Source: Schmidtea polychroa
Taxonomy: Eukaryota
Assembly (NCBI GenBank): GCA_044892525.1
Contig: CM097886.1
Span: 174,208,312 to 174,272,311 of the forward strand
Direction: 5' to 3'
Length of the DNA stretch: 64,000 nucleotides
The position numbers and the translations under genes are program-made. Of the stretch, positions 23,242 through 37,000 are shown one piece after another (position 1 is the stretch's first letter; each line of letters starts with the position of its first letter). The notes below the pieces were generated by a model that saw nothing but the letters and a program-made list of their open reading frames with translations, ran no database searches and was not told the origin of the DNA.

Positions 23242-24318
23242 ATGGCTAACAATCCAATAATAATACCACTCGAAGAAGTTGAAAGATTTTGTGTTGATTG
23301 CTTAAAATCAGCAGGAGCCAAACTGGAACATGCAAAAGCCCTAGCTGCCGTTATTGGTTGCGCAGACCACCGAGGCCATTTTAGTCATGGTCTTAATAGA
23401 TTGCCAAAGTATATTAAAGATTTAAAAAAAGGTTTGATTAATATAAAAGATGAGCCAAAAGCAATTAAAGAAACTGTTTCGACAGCTTCAGTTGACGGAT
23501 GCAATTGTTTGGGACCAGTTGTTGGGAACTTTTCAATGAAAATAGCTATGGAAAAAGCGAAAAAAACTGGAATAGGCTGGGTAGTGGCAAACCATTCAAA
23601 TCATTATGGAATTGCAGGTTGGTATTCAATGAAAGCTGTTGAAGAGGGATTGATCGGAATGTCTTTTACAAACACGTCTCCATTAGTTTTGCCAACAGGA
23701 TCAAAGAAGGCAGCATTAGGTACCAACCCAATATCAGTTGCGGCACCAGGTAATGTAAAAGAAGACTCCATAATAATAGATATGGCCACTTCCGCAGTTG
23801 CATTGGGTAAAATTGAGATGAAGAATCGCTCTCAAACACCGATTCCATTAGGTTGGGCTGCAGATACAAATGGAAAAGTAACTGATGACCCAGCAAAAGC
23901 TTTAAAAGGTGGATTGCTTCCATTAGGAGGTTCTGAAGAAACAGGAGGATACAAAGGATATGGTTTAGGACTAGTGGTTGAAATATTTTGTGGAATGCTG
24001 TCTAATTCTTCATTTGGTCCAAATGTCAGACAATGGGATAATGATGAAGCAATAGCAAATCTTGGTCAATGTTTTGTTGCAATAGATCCTGGAGCTTTTG
24101 GAAACGGTTTTACTGAAAGAATATCAAAACTCTCATATGAAATGCGTAACTTACCAAGAGCTAATGAAACAATTCCGGTTTTAGTTCCGGGTGACCCAGA
24201 ACGAATTCACATTGAAAAATGTAAAAACCTCAAAGGTATTCCATATGTCTCAGTTTTAATTAAAAGTATGGATGAACTAGCCGATGAACTGAAAGTAAAA
24301 CCTCTCCAAAGAAAGTAA
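23242..24318 (+). CDS. Ldh_2-family NAD(P)H oxidoreductase, intronless, copy 2
   Basis: 358-aa ORF with the same motifs as copy 1; differs at 8 residues. Confidence 0.92.
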   Translation: MANNPIIIPLEEVERFCVDCLKSAGAKLEHAKALAAVIGCADHRGHFSHGLNRLPKYIKDLKKGLINIKDEPKAIKETVSTASVDGCNCLGPVVGNFSMKIAMEKAKKTGIGWVVANHSNHYGIAGWYSMKAVEEGLIGMSFTNTSPLVLPTGSKKAALGTNPISVAAPGNVKEDSIIIDMATSAVALGKIEMKNRSQTPIPLGWAADTNGKVTDDPAKALKGGLLPLGGSEETGGYKGYGLGLVVEIFCGMLSNSSFGPNVRQWDNDEAIANLGQCFVAIDPGAFGNGFTERISKLSYEMRNLPRANETIPVLVPGDPERIHIEKCKNLKGIPYVSVLIKSMDELADELKVKPLQRK

Positions 24319-24652
24319 ATTTCAAAAAATCTATTAACTTGATTTTGAGAAAGTTTACAAATTATTATTTTATGTTATTTCCAGTTTGTTTGAATTTAAT
24401 GGGGCACTAAATATTTCATTACCCAGTCTTATTGTAAACGGGAAATTTTTATGAAAATATTTTCTATTGTTAGTGAAAATTCACTCTAAAAAACTTGCTT
24501 TGCCTCAACCGTGAAATATTTAACGCTGAAATCAGTCGTGACAAATTGATATTATGCTATAACTTACTATGAAGTGTCAAATGTTACGGAATAAAGTCAA
24601 ATCTTACTGTTTTCATAAGTAAATTTAAACTCAATTCAAAGCTTTTTAATTA

Positions 24653-25558
24653 TGTTGAGAATAAAAAATAACAAATTTATAAATAAATAAATAAAATTAC
24701 TTAGGTGAATATTGTCATGACAAACGGGACGATCTATGGGAACTCAGAAAAGAAAACGGAAGTAAAAAGATATGAGAAATGAGAAAGAGGAATGAAACAA
24801 AAGAAATTAGACAAGAAAAAAAGGTCAGTACTAATTAATTAGTACAAAGAGATTCAAAAAAAAGAATTTAAAATTCCAGAAAAACAAAATATGGGAAAAA
24901 GGCGTATCTTGACAGCTTGTCAAAATAGCGGAATTACCGGGAGAAGGCGGCCTAACAAAAAATCAAAAGGGAAAACATATCTCGACACCTGTCAGAGATA
25001 AAATGGGAACAGTCGGGAAATGCAGGAGAAAGAAAAGTGGAAAACATTTGATTTTCTCTAGTGCCACCAATAAAACAACCTATATAAAGATGAACTGGTA
25101 GACACAAAATTCAGACAAAAGGAGACAAAAAAAATGACAAAATTGAAACCAAACCGATCCGACTGATTAGACAGAGTCGGAAGAAACTTTATTGGAAAAC
25201 GATTTGTGAAGAATAATTGTTGGAGAAGATTTGCGTAAACGAATTAGTTGAGAAATAAACGAAAAGAAGTTATTTGAATATTTGAATAAAGTTGTGAAGA
25301 AGGTCAAAGAAAACAACCAACTTAAAGTTTCAATAAACCAATCAGTAGTTAGTGACCTTTCAATCTGATGTTGTACACAAGTGCTATTCCTCACTGAGTG
25401 TTGCAATAAGCATTGTATAGTCACCGAGCTGGGTGTTGAATTGTTTGTCAGTGTAAAGTGAAAATTATTTGTGATTATCAATAAAGATTTCTGTTGTCAA
25501 GTGTTATTTGTGAATCAGTCAAAGACACGCTTGGAGTCGAGCAACCTTTAACCCAACC
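24653..25558 (+). mobile_element. Solo LTR (Gypsy-like, 4-bp TSD)
   Basis: TGTTGAG...CCCAACC (terminal A apparently mutated), TSD ATTA; TATA-like element near 25081 and AATAAA near 25481; absent at the paralogous site 9284-87. Confidence 0.8.
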
Positions 25559-25707
25559 ATTATAATTCTTTTGGTATTTTTGAATTTTCTTATAATCTTT
25601 CTTCATTTAGAGTCACCACTGAGAATTTAATCTTCAATACCAATTGTGATTTGAGGCAACGGTACCAACCTTTCCGTCCCGCTCATAAATCCAACCTATA
25701 TCAATAT

Positions 25708-26664
25708 TGTTGAGTATACCTAAATAACAAATTTATAAATAAATAAATAAAATTACTTAGGTGAAGATTGTCATGACAAACGAGACGATCTATGGGAACT
25801 CAGAAAAGAAAACGGAAGCAAAAAGAAATGAGAAATGAGAAAGAGGAATGAAACAAAAGAAATTAAACAAGAAAATAAAAATCAAGGTCAGTACTAATTA
25901 ATTAGTACAAAAAGGAAAAGGAATTTCGAAATCGGGAAAATAGAAAAACAATAATATTCTTATCTCGACACCTTATCAGAGATAAGGGAAACCAAACAAA
26001 AACAGGCCGGAGACGCAAAAAGGGAAAATAAGAAAATATCTCGACAGCTGTCAAAAATAGCTAAGTGACAGAGAAAAGTTGGGAAATTATGTGGAAGAAG
26101 AAATTGTGGAATTGAAGATAAACTGAAGTGCCACAAATTGACGAGGTATAAAAGGAGGTGGCACAGCAGAAGCAGGAGAGAACGATAGAGAGGACGATTT
26201 AGAAAATTAAAAGAAGGTGGGAGAATTGTATTAACGAACAGTTTGGAGAAAACATTGAGTGAATAATTTGGAAGAAATATTTGAATAAAATTGAAGCAGA
26301 GAAACTAAAAGGAAAACAGAAATAAAGAGAATCAGCAAGAGTTTATTCAATTGATAATAGAATAAAGTTAGGCGAGTAAAACCAAGTCAAAATCAGATAA
26401 CAACCAGTTAAAATTACCAATTATTACACTCCTCAGTTGTGGGTGATTTGCCAAATCAAAGTTATACGAGTGTGCTATTCCTCACCATAGTGTTGTAATA
26501 AGCACGGTATAATAATTAGCTTGTTGAGTTAATTGTATCATTGTGAAAATATTTGTGATATTCAATAAAGTTTCCAGAGTTAATTGTTGTTTGTGGGTCA
26601 GTCAAAGACACGCTTGGAGTCAGAGGAAGAATTTTAATTTTATCACCAACTCAATAACACAACA
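25708..26664 (+). mobile_element. Solo LTR related to 24653-25558
   Basis: TGTTG...CAACA, TSD ATAT (25704-07, 26665-68); TATAAAA near 26147; absent at the paralogous site 11963-66. Confidence 0.85.
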
Positions 26665-29102
26665 ATATCTAGTAATCTCAACCCAAGAGACGATACCAAC
26701 CGATACGCAAGAAATCGCTTATCGTCACTATTCAAATCTTCTCTTATGGAAAATGTTTCTACTAAGTAAAACAGAAATTTTGAACAATAATACTGATATG
26801 ATAAAAATGATGTAATGAGAATATTTTTTGAGATTGAATTTGGCGTCAATGGTTGAAATGAAATTAGAAATTTATATGTAGCATACATAAGGACGCACAG
26901 GCGTGCATACGACAGTAATTATATAATTAGATCCAATTAATCTTTACTATTTGAATTTCATTGTACACATGCTTGAGTATGATTGGTGTTTTTCATTACC
27001 AAATCACTGGCTGATTTCCATAAATTCATAAATGCAAGGTTTTAGTTTTTTCGTAGGTCCAAGGACTCATCACTAAGGACTCGTAAGCCATGTAGGTCGA
27101 GCAACTTTCATTTAAACGACTTATAGCACGGCATCAACCTACAAACGAAAAACCTACATTTATAATTGACTAATATTATGAATAGAACACTAAATGCTTG
27201 TCTCCCTAATTTCCCGTGGGGTATACGTGGCATGCAATTAAAATCTAACGTGACATAAATTCTCCTCAGAAAACCAAACATAATCTGCCCAAAAATATTT
27301 AAAGCATGACATAACATCAAGTGATGATGGAATTCTACAGGAACTGACCGTCACGAAACACATAATTCCAATCCGTGAGTTACAATATCAGCTGAATGAG
27401 ATAAACTTCATTGCAAGTATGATATGATCACTATTTTTATTTGTAGATAACTGGAACCAAACACATTGGATATTGAATTTAAACTAGTAAGAATTACGGA
27501 ATGGCTAAAATAACTAAAAATAACTAAAATTCTACTCAACTGCATAAGCCGGTAGCTAGAAATTCCCGAAGGCGTTACTTGGTACATCGGGCAGAGCCTC
27601 AAGACTACTCGCGATCTAGATCACCGAGAGCAACTCGACGAGTTTGGACTAATTGGAGCAGTGATAGTGATATAATCAATCATATTAGAAATAAAATTTC
27701 ATCGAATTATTCAATTTTTGTTTGCTAATATTATATGATGGAATGATGATAACGTGTACGAGGGAGTCGAGTGAATGATAATATTTCCCGGGTGTCAATT
27801 GTGGTTGCAAGTGATACACTTGATCTGCGCAGGAATAGGTATTCAAGCAGAAGTTTTCCGAATTAATTATAAAGTGACATCGGGATAAAACGAGAAATGA
27901 AAATTAGTCAATCAAATAAAATACAAAGGGTTCAGGGGTATTCAACCGAATACGAGTCTATGTTTTCTGGGTTACTGTTATTGTTTGTTTTTAGTGTTGC
28001 GATAGCTAGAGAATATGCGAACGGACAGAGACGCGGCATGCAATTGGTCGGGAGTTTGCATACCAGGATAAAAAACTGAAAGGACGGTGTAAGGAGATGA
28101 AACACTCCTGGTTCCAACCTAAAGATATGAAGATGCGCACATACAACAACTCCAGGTACAGAGTGCCCAAGATCAGTTGGTGACTAAAGTACTGAAAATT
28201 AGGATAAAACAGTAGAGCCCCAACTCAGCCAACATGAAGTTGACAGATATTTGACCAGCTAAATTGTCCTACTAAAATTGACCGAACCTCTCACAGTACC
28301 ACGATCCGTTGAGTCATGCTATGAATTGCCGTGGTTGAGTTAGATTGGAGACACACGAGAGACCGCCCAATACACGAATATCTACGGAACAGTTGTGTAG
28401 TATTTTGTAGTGATAAATAATAATTAGAATGTCTTAGTTTTCGCATCTCGAATTCATCGAACTTATAAAAATCTGGACCTCAACTCAAGTCTAACAGTAG
28501 TCGGCGAACCTACTCAAATGCTCACTGATTCCAGTGTACAAAGGTGCACTCACTTTTCGCGAGTAATCACCCAATCGACACAGTTCCAACGTTGATAATT
28601 CAATCGGTGTCGTATGGTAAACTAAACCATTGTATCCCATCACTATCTCAATTTTTCGGTTTTTGACTCAGCACCAATATTAACACCATGGCAATATATT
28701 CTAACATATCTTAATGCAAAGGCAGAGATGAGATTCATCCGGATTCCATCATTGAGCAAAAGAAAATCTACCCGAGAACACGCGGAGAAAAAACTAGAGA
28801 AGTTCTTGGAGAATTAAAATGGTTTGTTTTTTGGTTTTTTTACAATTAATTTTACCTTTATCATTCGCAAAAATGTTAAATATCTCACAAATGATTTGAT
28901 GATCTAGAATGAAAAAAAGAACGAGATGAATAAAATAAAAACATCTGTATTACAATAATAATAATAATAATATCAATCAAATATCATTGATAAATTACAA
29001 TGAGATCTACTGAGTTGTTTGCTAGAGAAAGCATAAGAATCTAATGACCGTGATATGAGGAAATTTACGATAAAATAACAAAGTAAAAATAATATTGCAC
29101 TG

Positions 29103-29218
29103 TTAGAGGTTAACCGTATTTTGATTTGTTGGCACCCAGATGTCGGATCCAGAGTTGCACTGAACGATGGATTTTATTTGATTATACAGACCCGTGAAAT
29201 TGTCTTCCCATACGACCG
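29103..29218 (-). CDS. dlg1: dlg terminal coding exon (GUK end)
   Basis: [38 protein letters not shown]; acceptor tttcag, phase 1. Confidence 0.85.
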
Positions 29219-30977
29219 CTGAAATAAGTGGAAATAGAATACTTTTATTAAAACTCTCTCACACACACACATACAGAAGGTGAAAGACCATATCACGAGG
29301 GGCATTTAGTGAATTGCTTTTATTTTATGTGTCCAAGAAATGCTTGGCGCATCTGAAAAAAGCTTCCAATAAGTTCCTAAAAGGTCATATAGAAGCAAAA
29401 ACCAGCCACTATTTCCTATGGTCTTACATAAGATGAGTTTTCAATAATTAATTTCTCACTATTTATCCTATTATAATCCAAATTCACTTTTCCCAAATTT
29501 GAAAATGAAAATTAACTGCCAATATAAATTTTAATAAATTTCGAATTGCGTTAAGAATTAAAGGAAATAGATCACCTTTTCAAACACTAAAAAGCTAAAT
29601 CCAATATAAAATTTTGATATTTTATTGAAATTATTCTCAGCTATTTTGATTGAACAACTTTACGCAACAGTTTTAGCCGAAATGTGCAACTGAAACTGCT
29701 TAAAACAAATGAATGCTCCCAGGGTCAAATGACCCGCTGTGGTAGATAACAGTATACGACAAGTATTACTCAACATAAACAAAACAAAAAAAATTAAAAA
29801 AATACTATATTAACTGTAGATTAATTATTTCGAAAAAGTCATGAAGTCAAATGTGCAAAAGCAATAAAGTGATACGTGCATTTTCAATGCAAAAGTTCAG
29901 AATGGGTCATTTGACCCGTTATGGTATGTCTAGTGTTAAAACACTAAAAAAAAATTAAAATTCAATATTGTATTGTGTACTCCTTTTCATTTTCGGCGCC
30001 TGTGAACGGGCCGCTTGTGTATATGAAACCTAAACTCTGAATATTAAAATAAATAAACAATTGTAAAACTTTATTTGCAAAACATTTTATTTCACTTAAT
30101 ATCATGATTACAAAATTAGAAATTATTTCCTTTCCGTAATTTCCCTTTCAATCATTCACTAATGCAAGGTTTTCCTATTCTAACTTGTGAAACATTCATT
30201 CGCAAATACAACATTTCTAGTCTCATAAATTTCGCACCCATTTCTATCTTTGTTGGTAAAGAATTTTAAAAAATCACCAGTTTTGCTTATATTTCCATTA
30301 TCAAATCCTGAGACATTATGTACAAAACTGAAATAACCACCATAAATTTCTTCAGATTCTCCAAACTTATGCTTTTTGGTTTATGACTCTCAGCTCTGAA
30401 GTCATAACTGAATTTCCACTTCCTTGCATTGTACCTGAAAAACCTGCTTTCTAATTCTTTTGATTATTTTCCCATTGTAATTAGGTTTCCAAATGTCGAA
30501 TGATTATATTTGAAAGGTATCAGTGAGAGATTTCTTATAATTATTTTCAAAGAAATTTAAAGGAAACCTATAATAAAAAACTATAAAAGATATCAGAATT
30601 GTGCTTCATTTAGCAGATGAAATAACAAAATCGCCAAACGTGTATTGAATACAAAAATTCTATATGATCTCACAACATATACTCGTTGTCTAAGCCAATA
30701 TTAAACTATCGTAGAAAACTAAGTGAAGAAAACGAAATTTTTTTAAAAATTTAAATAATGCACAAGAAAATTCATTTAATTAACGAATAAAAAACTTATT
30801 TATTGTAATTGCTATTGCTGAAATATGCCACAATTACGGAATGAAGAGGAATATTAATTTTACAAGATGCTACAACTAATACATTATATTTTCCAATTGT
30901 TGGACTGCGTGGACTGGATGTTGATAGTATCCATTAAATTATCAATTTACATGCCTAATTTTACTTAATCCTTACAC

Positions 30978-31010
<33 letters not shown>

Positions 31011-34000
31011 TAAAAATGAACAGCACAAGCTTTGTGATACCCAGTGAATATCCCAATAGTAGACTAGTTTCGAGTTTTTGGCTTTCATCAGTACTATGCA
31101 GGAGACGCGAAGATTTCTCTTCTGATTACACTTTATTGCATACTTTCCCTGGTACACTGGAAATCACATCACTTGCTTATTAGCTTGGTCACAGAAAATC
31201 TGTAAACATGGTGTATGAAAAATCATAATCACCCATGGAGACTAAAAAATTAGTCGATACACAGAAACTGTTTACAAATGCATCCTATTANNNNNNNNNN
31301 NNNNNNNNNNNNNNNNNNNNNNNNNNNNNNNNNNNNNNNNNNNNNNNNNNNNNNNNNNNNNNNNNNNNNNNNNNNNNNNNNNNNNNNNNNNNNNNNNNNN
31401 NNNNNNNNNNNNNNNNNNNNNNNNNNNNNNNNNNNNNNNNNNNNNNNNNNNNNNNNNNNNNNNNNNNNNNNNNNNNNNNTGTCAAAGGCGAAGGTAAATT
31501 CAACATTGTTCATCATCGCAGATGATCAATAAGATACTGAAATATTGTACATAGCCAAGTATTGAAACAAATTTGTAATAACAGAAAGTATAAAAGTAAT
31601 TATAATAAATAAAGAATGAGTTTGAATTTATCCTGAACAAAGCTGGGTAATTAAACTAGTATATAAATAGTTTTGTAAAATACATGTACATAATTACTCA
31701 TTGAAAACAAACACCCAACTTTCCAAAAGATTAATGTTCACAGAAGATGCTTTCGGGTTCGGATAAATTTTAAATATTCAACAAGAAATTCTATTGTATA
31801 TTACTCATTAACATAAACCCCTAATACGAAATATTAAAGGAGATTTGAACTTGAATATGTAAATGATAAATATGAACTTGCTGCTAAAAGAAAACTACAT
31901 TTATTTCCCACAAATCAAGGCCTCATTGATTATGAGCAATTTTATGATGTTTTAATAGCAGGGTAAATTGTCATCAAATTGAAGCATATAAGTAATAAAT
32001 AATATTTGTTTTATTGCAGTGTCAGAATTACAATATACGGTTTAGTAACATACATGAAAACCTGCATCAGTTAGTGAGAATTAAATTAAAACGTGTGATA
32101 CACTCCTTAAAAAGTTTCCTTATTTAGGCTACTCCTCTTAAAGGTTGAAAATGCTACGTGATGGAATATCAACCATTTCCTGTGGCAAGAGCAAGTTGAA
32201 AATGAAAGGTCATTTCTTAAAATCAATCATTCGACACCTTTTATCTTTCATTTCTTTCGCAAAACTTGCTTATAAGTAATGGATTTTAGTTAGTGATATT
32301 AACGATGGGGAGGAGTAAATAGTAAGTCCAATTTTGCCAGCAATGAACTAACACTCATAAAATAAAATTACCCGTAAAATAATGACTAATTTTGGATTGC
32401 AACTCCTCTGCCTTCTTAACTTCTCGATCAGCTTGAGCAACTGTGATTTTACTGCTGAGGTTACAAAGAGCCTTAACAGATGGTGGCTTAATCAAAATGG
32501 TGATAGGTAACAAATTTGCTGCTACAAGACGTTTGATTGCTAACGCATTCACATCAAGGACACAGTGTTTCAATTTTGCAACATCCCTGACTGCAGCTAT
32601 ACTTGTCCCATACAAATTGTCCTTGTATTGTCCAGCTTCAATGAATTCTTGATGCTTGATTTGTTCTTCCATTTCACTGCGGTCTTTTACGAAATAGTAA
32701 TCTTTTCCATGCACCTCAAAAGGCTTTTTAGAGCGAGTAGTATCTAAAGATAAAAGAAAAAATTTATAACAAATTTTCCGTAAAACTAAATACACTCATA
32801 CCTCGCTTTACGGCCTAGATACGTTCCAGGAAAGTTGGCCGCAAAGCGAAACGCTGCATAACGAATCAAATACATTTTGATACAATTCCATATAAATTTC
32901 ACACTTTTTTTGGCCGTAAATCGAAAAAGTGCCGTAATTAAAGTAGGCCGTTATAGCGAAAAGCCGTATAAAGGGCAGCCGTATAGCGAGGTATGAGTGT
33001 ATGAAAAATCCTAGTTTAGAAAGAGTCAGTGCCAAAAGTTGTGTCATATAAGGAAAATTGATCCATAATGGTAATGAAAATAAATCATATTTTAGAGAAA
33101 ACAAAAAAAATGTTAAATAATAATTTGCATTGTGCGAATTGAAATGTTTTCAGTAGCCCACAAATAATGAAGCATTAAATTTTCATCTTTTAAGAATGCA
33201 GTATGAAAATATAATTAATTAAATTATTAGCAATTTAATAAATTAAAGTTTTTTATGTGTTATCAGAAGGGCTAATACCATATAAGAAACTCGACATCAT
33301 CCTAAATTTAACCAAATGACTTAGAAATGAGATCCAATCAGTCAAGTCATACTAATAGCTACTATGAATTTCGTATTTATAATGCCCATAAAATAACAAT
33401 TTTCTAATAATTTTTTAATAAGCAACACAATATTGTTTTCAATATTATTTAAACAGCAAATACTTTCGATGAATTTTTTTCAGTGTCAAATATTGATATT
33501 TTCAGAAGGATGGATTTCATTTTTCTTACATTTCATTCACATCAATATTAAATTTGTTATTTTAAATTTATAAACATTTAAAATGTTAATTTGAAAATAC
33601 TATTTAAAAAATATTTTACATAATTAATTTTTGAAAGTAAACAGTGGCGTAACCTCAAATTCTGGCCCTCCCATAGACAATAATTTTTAATGATTTTAAT
33701 TTACGATATTTTATTTTATCAATTCTTAATCTTATGCTACAACTAAAAATTGTTTTCGATTTGCATTAAAATTGATTAAACGTTATAAATGAAAATGTTA
33801 CTGAATAATGTTTTATTCGATGTTATGAAATCATAAATCAATAACAATTTTGTATTTAGTACAGTACTGTCAGTACAGATGAATATTCTAAGACAAGTCC
33901 TTGCGACGACTCTTTATATCTGCAAATCAGTCAACATCCATAACTTTTTCCCGTAATGATCAACACGGCTAAATCACTAAGGAGTTCGATGATATTTGAT

Positions 34001-37000
34001 TATTTCAACTGGTTTTGTCCAGTTGACTTAAGATGGTTAGGTTTACTCGATTTTAAATGAAATTTTATTTTTTTCACATTTCATCTATTTATTTATCCAC
34101 AGTCAGAAATGAATGATAAAAAAAGATAAAAAGAAATTCAAAATTTCAAAAAGAGAAATAACTTCACTAACGTGGAACACAACTTGCAAACAAATTCGGG
34201 TGCTCGTCAATAAGAGTGTCATTAATTTTGTCCCTAAGCGGGCCAATAATGACTACCGGTCGAACATAATCCAAGGAGATTTTCACTAAAGGCTCATAAT
34301 ACAAAAGCATGAGATTTGCTTCAGTAAACTCTAAACGAATTTAATTCTATTCAAAATATTAAAATATATCCCACTTTCATTCATGTATTCGTCAGCATAG
34401 GATTTGTCTTCGGCAATATTTTGGGCCGATTTACTCATACTACCCAATTGCATTCGCTTAATAAATGACGGTTTTCCGTTTCTGGGTAAACTGTTTTTCT
34501 TGGAATTTTTCGAAACAAGTTGACTGTCAAAATTTACCTTTTTCTTGTTTCGCTTTTCTTTTCTATATAATCTGTTTGGGCTTGGAATTATACCCAATGG
34601 ACCGTTTTCATTATTATCTTCAACTATGCGTGCCTAAAATAATATAATATAAAAAAAAATAATAATAACAATAGCAATATCCTCAATATGTAATTTTTTT
34701 TTATTATCGATTGAAAAAGATTTTTACGAGCTTTATCTACACTCTTTCGCATTAAAATCTTAATTTTTAACTGGATTCTCGAAGTCAAATCGACTTAAAA
34801 TTTGCATACTTGAATATTTAACGTGACAATACCATTTCCTATAACAAATCTTCATTGAATCCTGTATTGGATTCGGAAAGTATTGTCTGTATATATTTGT
34901 TGCACTGAATATATCATTAAGATGGATAGATGCTGGGTGCAAATTATAAGCTTAATCAAGTGAGATTTTGAATGAATATCTTTCTGTGTTTATTGATAAC
35001 CAGAAAATTTGGAACGAAAATATTAAAGTTGAATCAAATAGATAATAAAGAAAGAAAAATAGAAGGATTCAATATTCAATAATAACCACCTGCACTGCTA
35101 TCTATACCAATTATCGATATGACATACATAGAACGCTGTGTGATTTTTGCAAAGTTGGTAGTTCTACACCAAACACCACTGAGATACATTTTCTATAGTG
35201 GTGGTTAGTGTGTACATCAATTGGTCTCATTCAATTGACTCACCAATTTAATAAATTTCATTTTTCTAGAAATTTATTTTAGCCATTTTTGAAATGACTT
35301 AGGTAAGATGTTTAATTTTAAGTAAATTTTGAATATTGATCCATATAGATATAAGATCATTATTCAAGTTCTTAAATATTACTTTTAGTCAACATTTGTA
35401 TTGTAAACTATTTTTAATTAATTGTCAGGTTTTTTAGAAATTTTATGAAATTTATTTTATAATTATTTTGATATAAAGTCAGATCAATTATTAATTATAA
35501 TTAAATCAATCGCCAAAAATGTAATTTTCTGAAATATTTCTAAAACAAATATCAGAAATTCTAATATTTACTTAACTTTAACTGAAAAATAATTCTTAAG
35601 ATGATATTTCGTCATTTTCATGACAATTTAACGTAGTTTCTTTAAAAATACATTAAAAAACATTTTCATCTACCCCTCAAAATTGTCTAAAATAAAGTTA
35701 TTGTAGAAACTTATCTCAGCAGCGCATTTCTATATATCGAAAGTTTGCATATGTTTTTAGTATGTTTTTTGTTTGTGTGCAGTATTTAATTTTTCTACCA
35801 CGTTATAGATTTCGATAGTGTAAGACGTATCTCATTGCACTATCAATGAGAACAACCGCGTGAAATTAAAGTATGTATGTTTCAATAATGTAAGATTATT
35901 GATTTTTTTTCTTATATTATAGGAAACGTATATAAGTGGATTCTGTTATATGTACGTCAACTGCGATATATACTAATTATCGATATGACATACATAGAAC
36001 GGTGTGTGATTTTTGTCAAGTTGGTAGTTCTATTAGAAAGGTTTATATTGTATAGTGTCTTACTAACATATCTGAGTTCAAGTAACATACAAACTGGCTG
36101 TAAATCACTTTGAACGGACTTGTCACTTACGTATGTTAATTAATTGCTAGTACGCATGGTTAATAAAATTAAATATTATAAATAAATCCTCAAAGATAAT
36201 TAATCGAATTATTAGTGTCGTATTTCAGATAAAATGTTTACAATATAAAATCTAGATCACAACATTTTTTAATGGAGATCACAAAAAATATTCTATTTAT
36301 CAAGTATATATTATTTTGTTATTCCATATTGCCATTCAGTTTAAAAAAGAGTTATTGTGTAATTTGTCCGTTTTGAAAAAAAATTTACTACTTTTTAGTA
36401 CATCTTAAATTAGAACCGTTTTTAAATGTGCTTTTTATTAAAATCTAATTGAACAAACAAACAAACAAAATTAATTTAAAATTAATAATGTAATGTGAAA
36501 AATATTTGAGATAAGAATAGAGTGATATAAAGTAGCTCAAGTGACACTTAAAAGGCCTAATTGGTTTCCTGTTGCAAAACTAAATCTACAAAAGAAAAAT
36601 ATCATTTAAAAATATATTTGAAAATAAGGAAAAAGAAGTAAAACTGTTCAATACAATATAATTTTTATTCTACTTCTCGAGTTCGATATGAAAGGAAAAA
36701 TAAATCTTTGTTCCTGTTTTAGACAACCAAATATCACCTCTGATTGGGAATGAATTTTCATGCTCATACAGAAAGAGGATCAATTAAAACGTTTAAATAC
36801 GAAAAAATTCTTTTTATATTTCATTTAAAATTTTTAAAAAATAAAAACAATTCGAATATTGAATGTAAAACTCCTCGTATAGAGAATTAGAATAATGAAA
36901 TAAAGAGAAATAAGACACATATCAGTAAGAGAATTAAAATGAAATTCAACGGTGGTAATGCAGATATGTACACTAGGAGGAGATATCATACTTAGTTAGA

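Larger units (their letters stand above)
23196..27004 (+). repeat. Segmental duplication, copy 2 (partner 7839-13137)
   Basis: Collinear after removing the LTRs at 24653-25558 and 25708-26664. Confidence 0.9.

Noticed and set aside
30150-30440. Candidate dlg terminal exon or other coding segment
   Set aside because: No GUK similarity; the true terminal exon is at 29218-29103.
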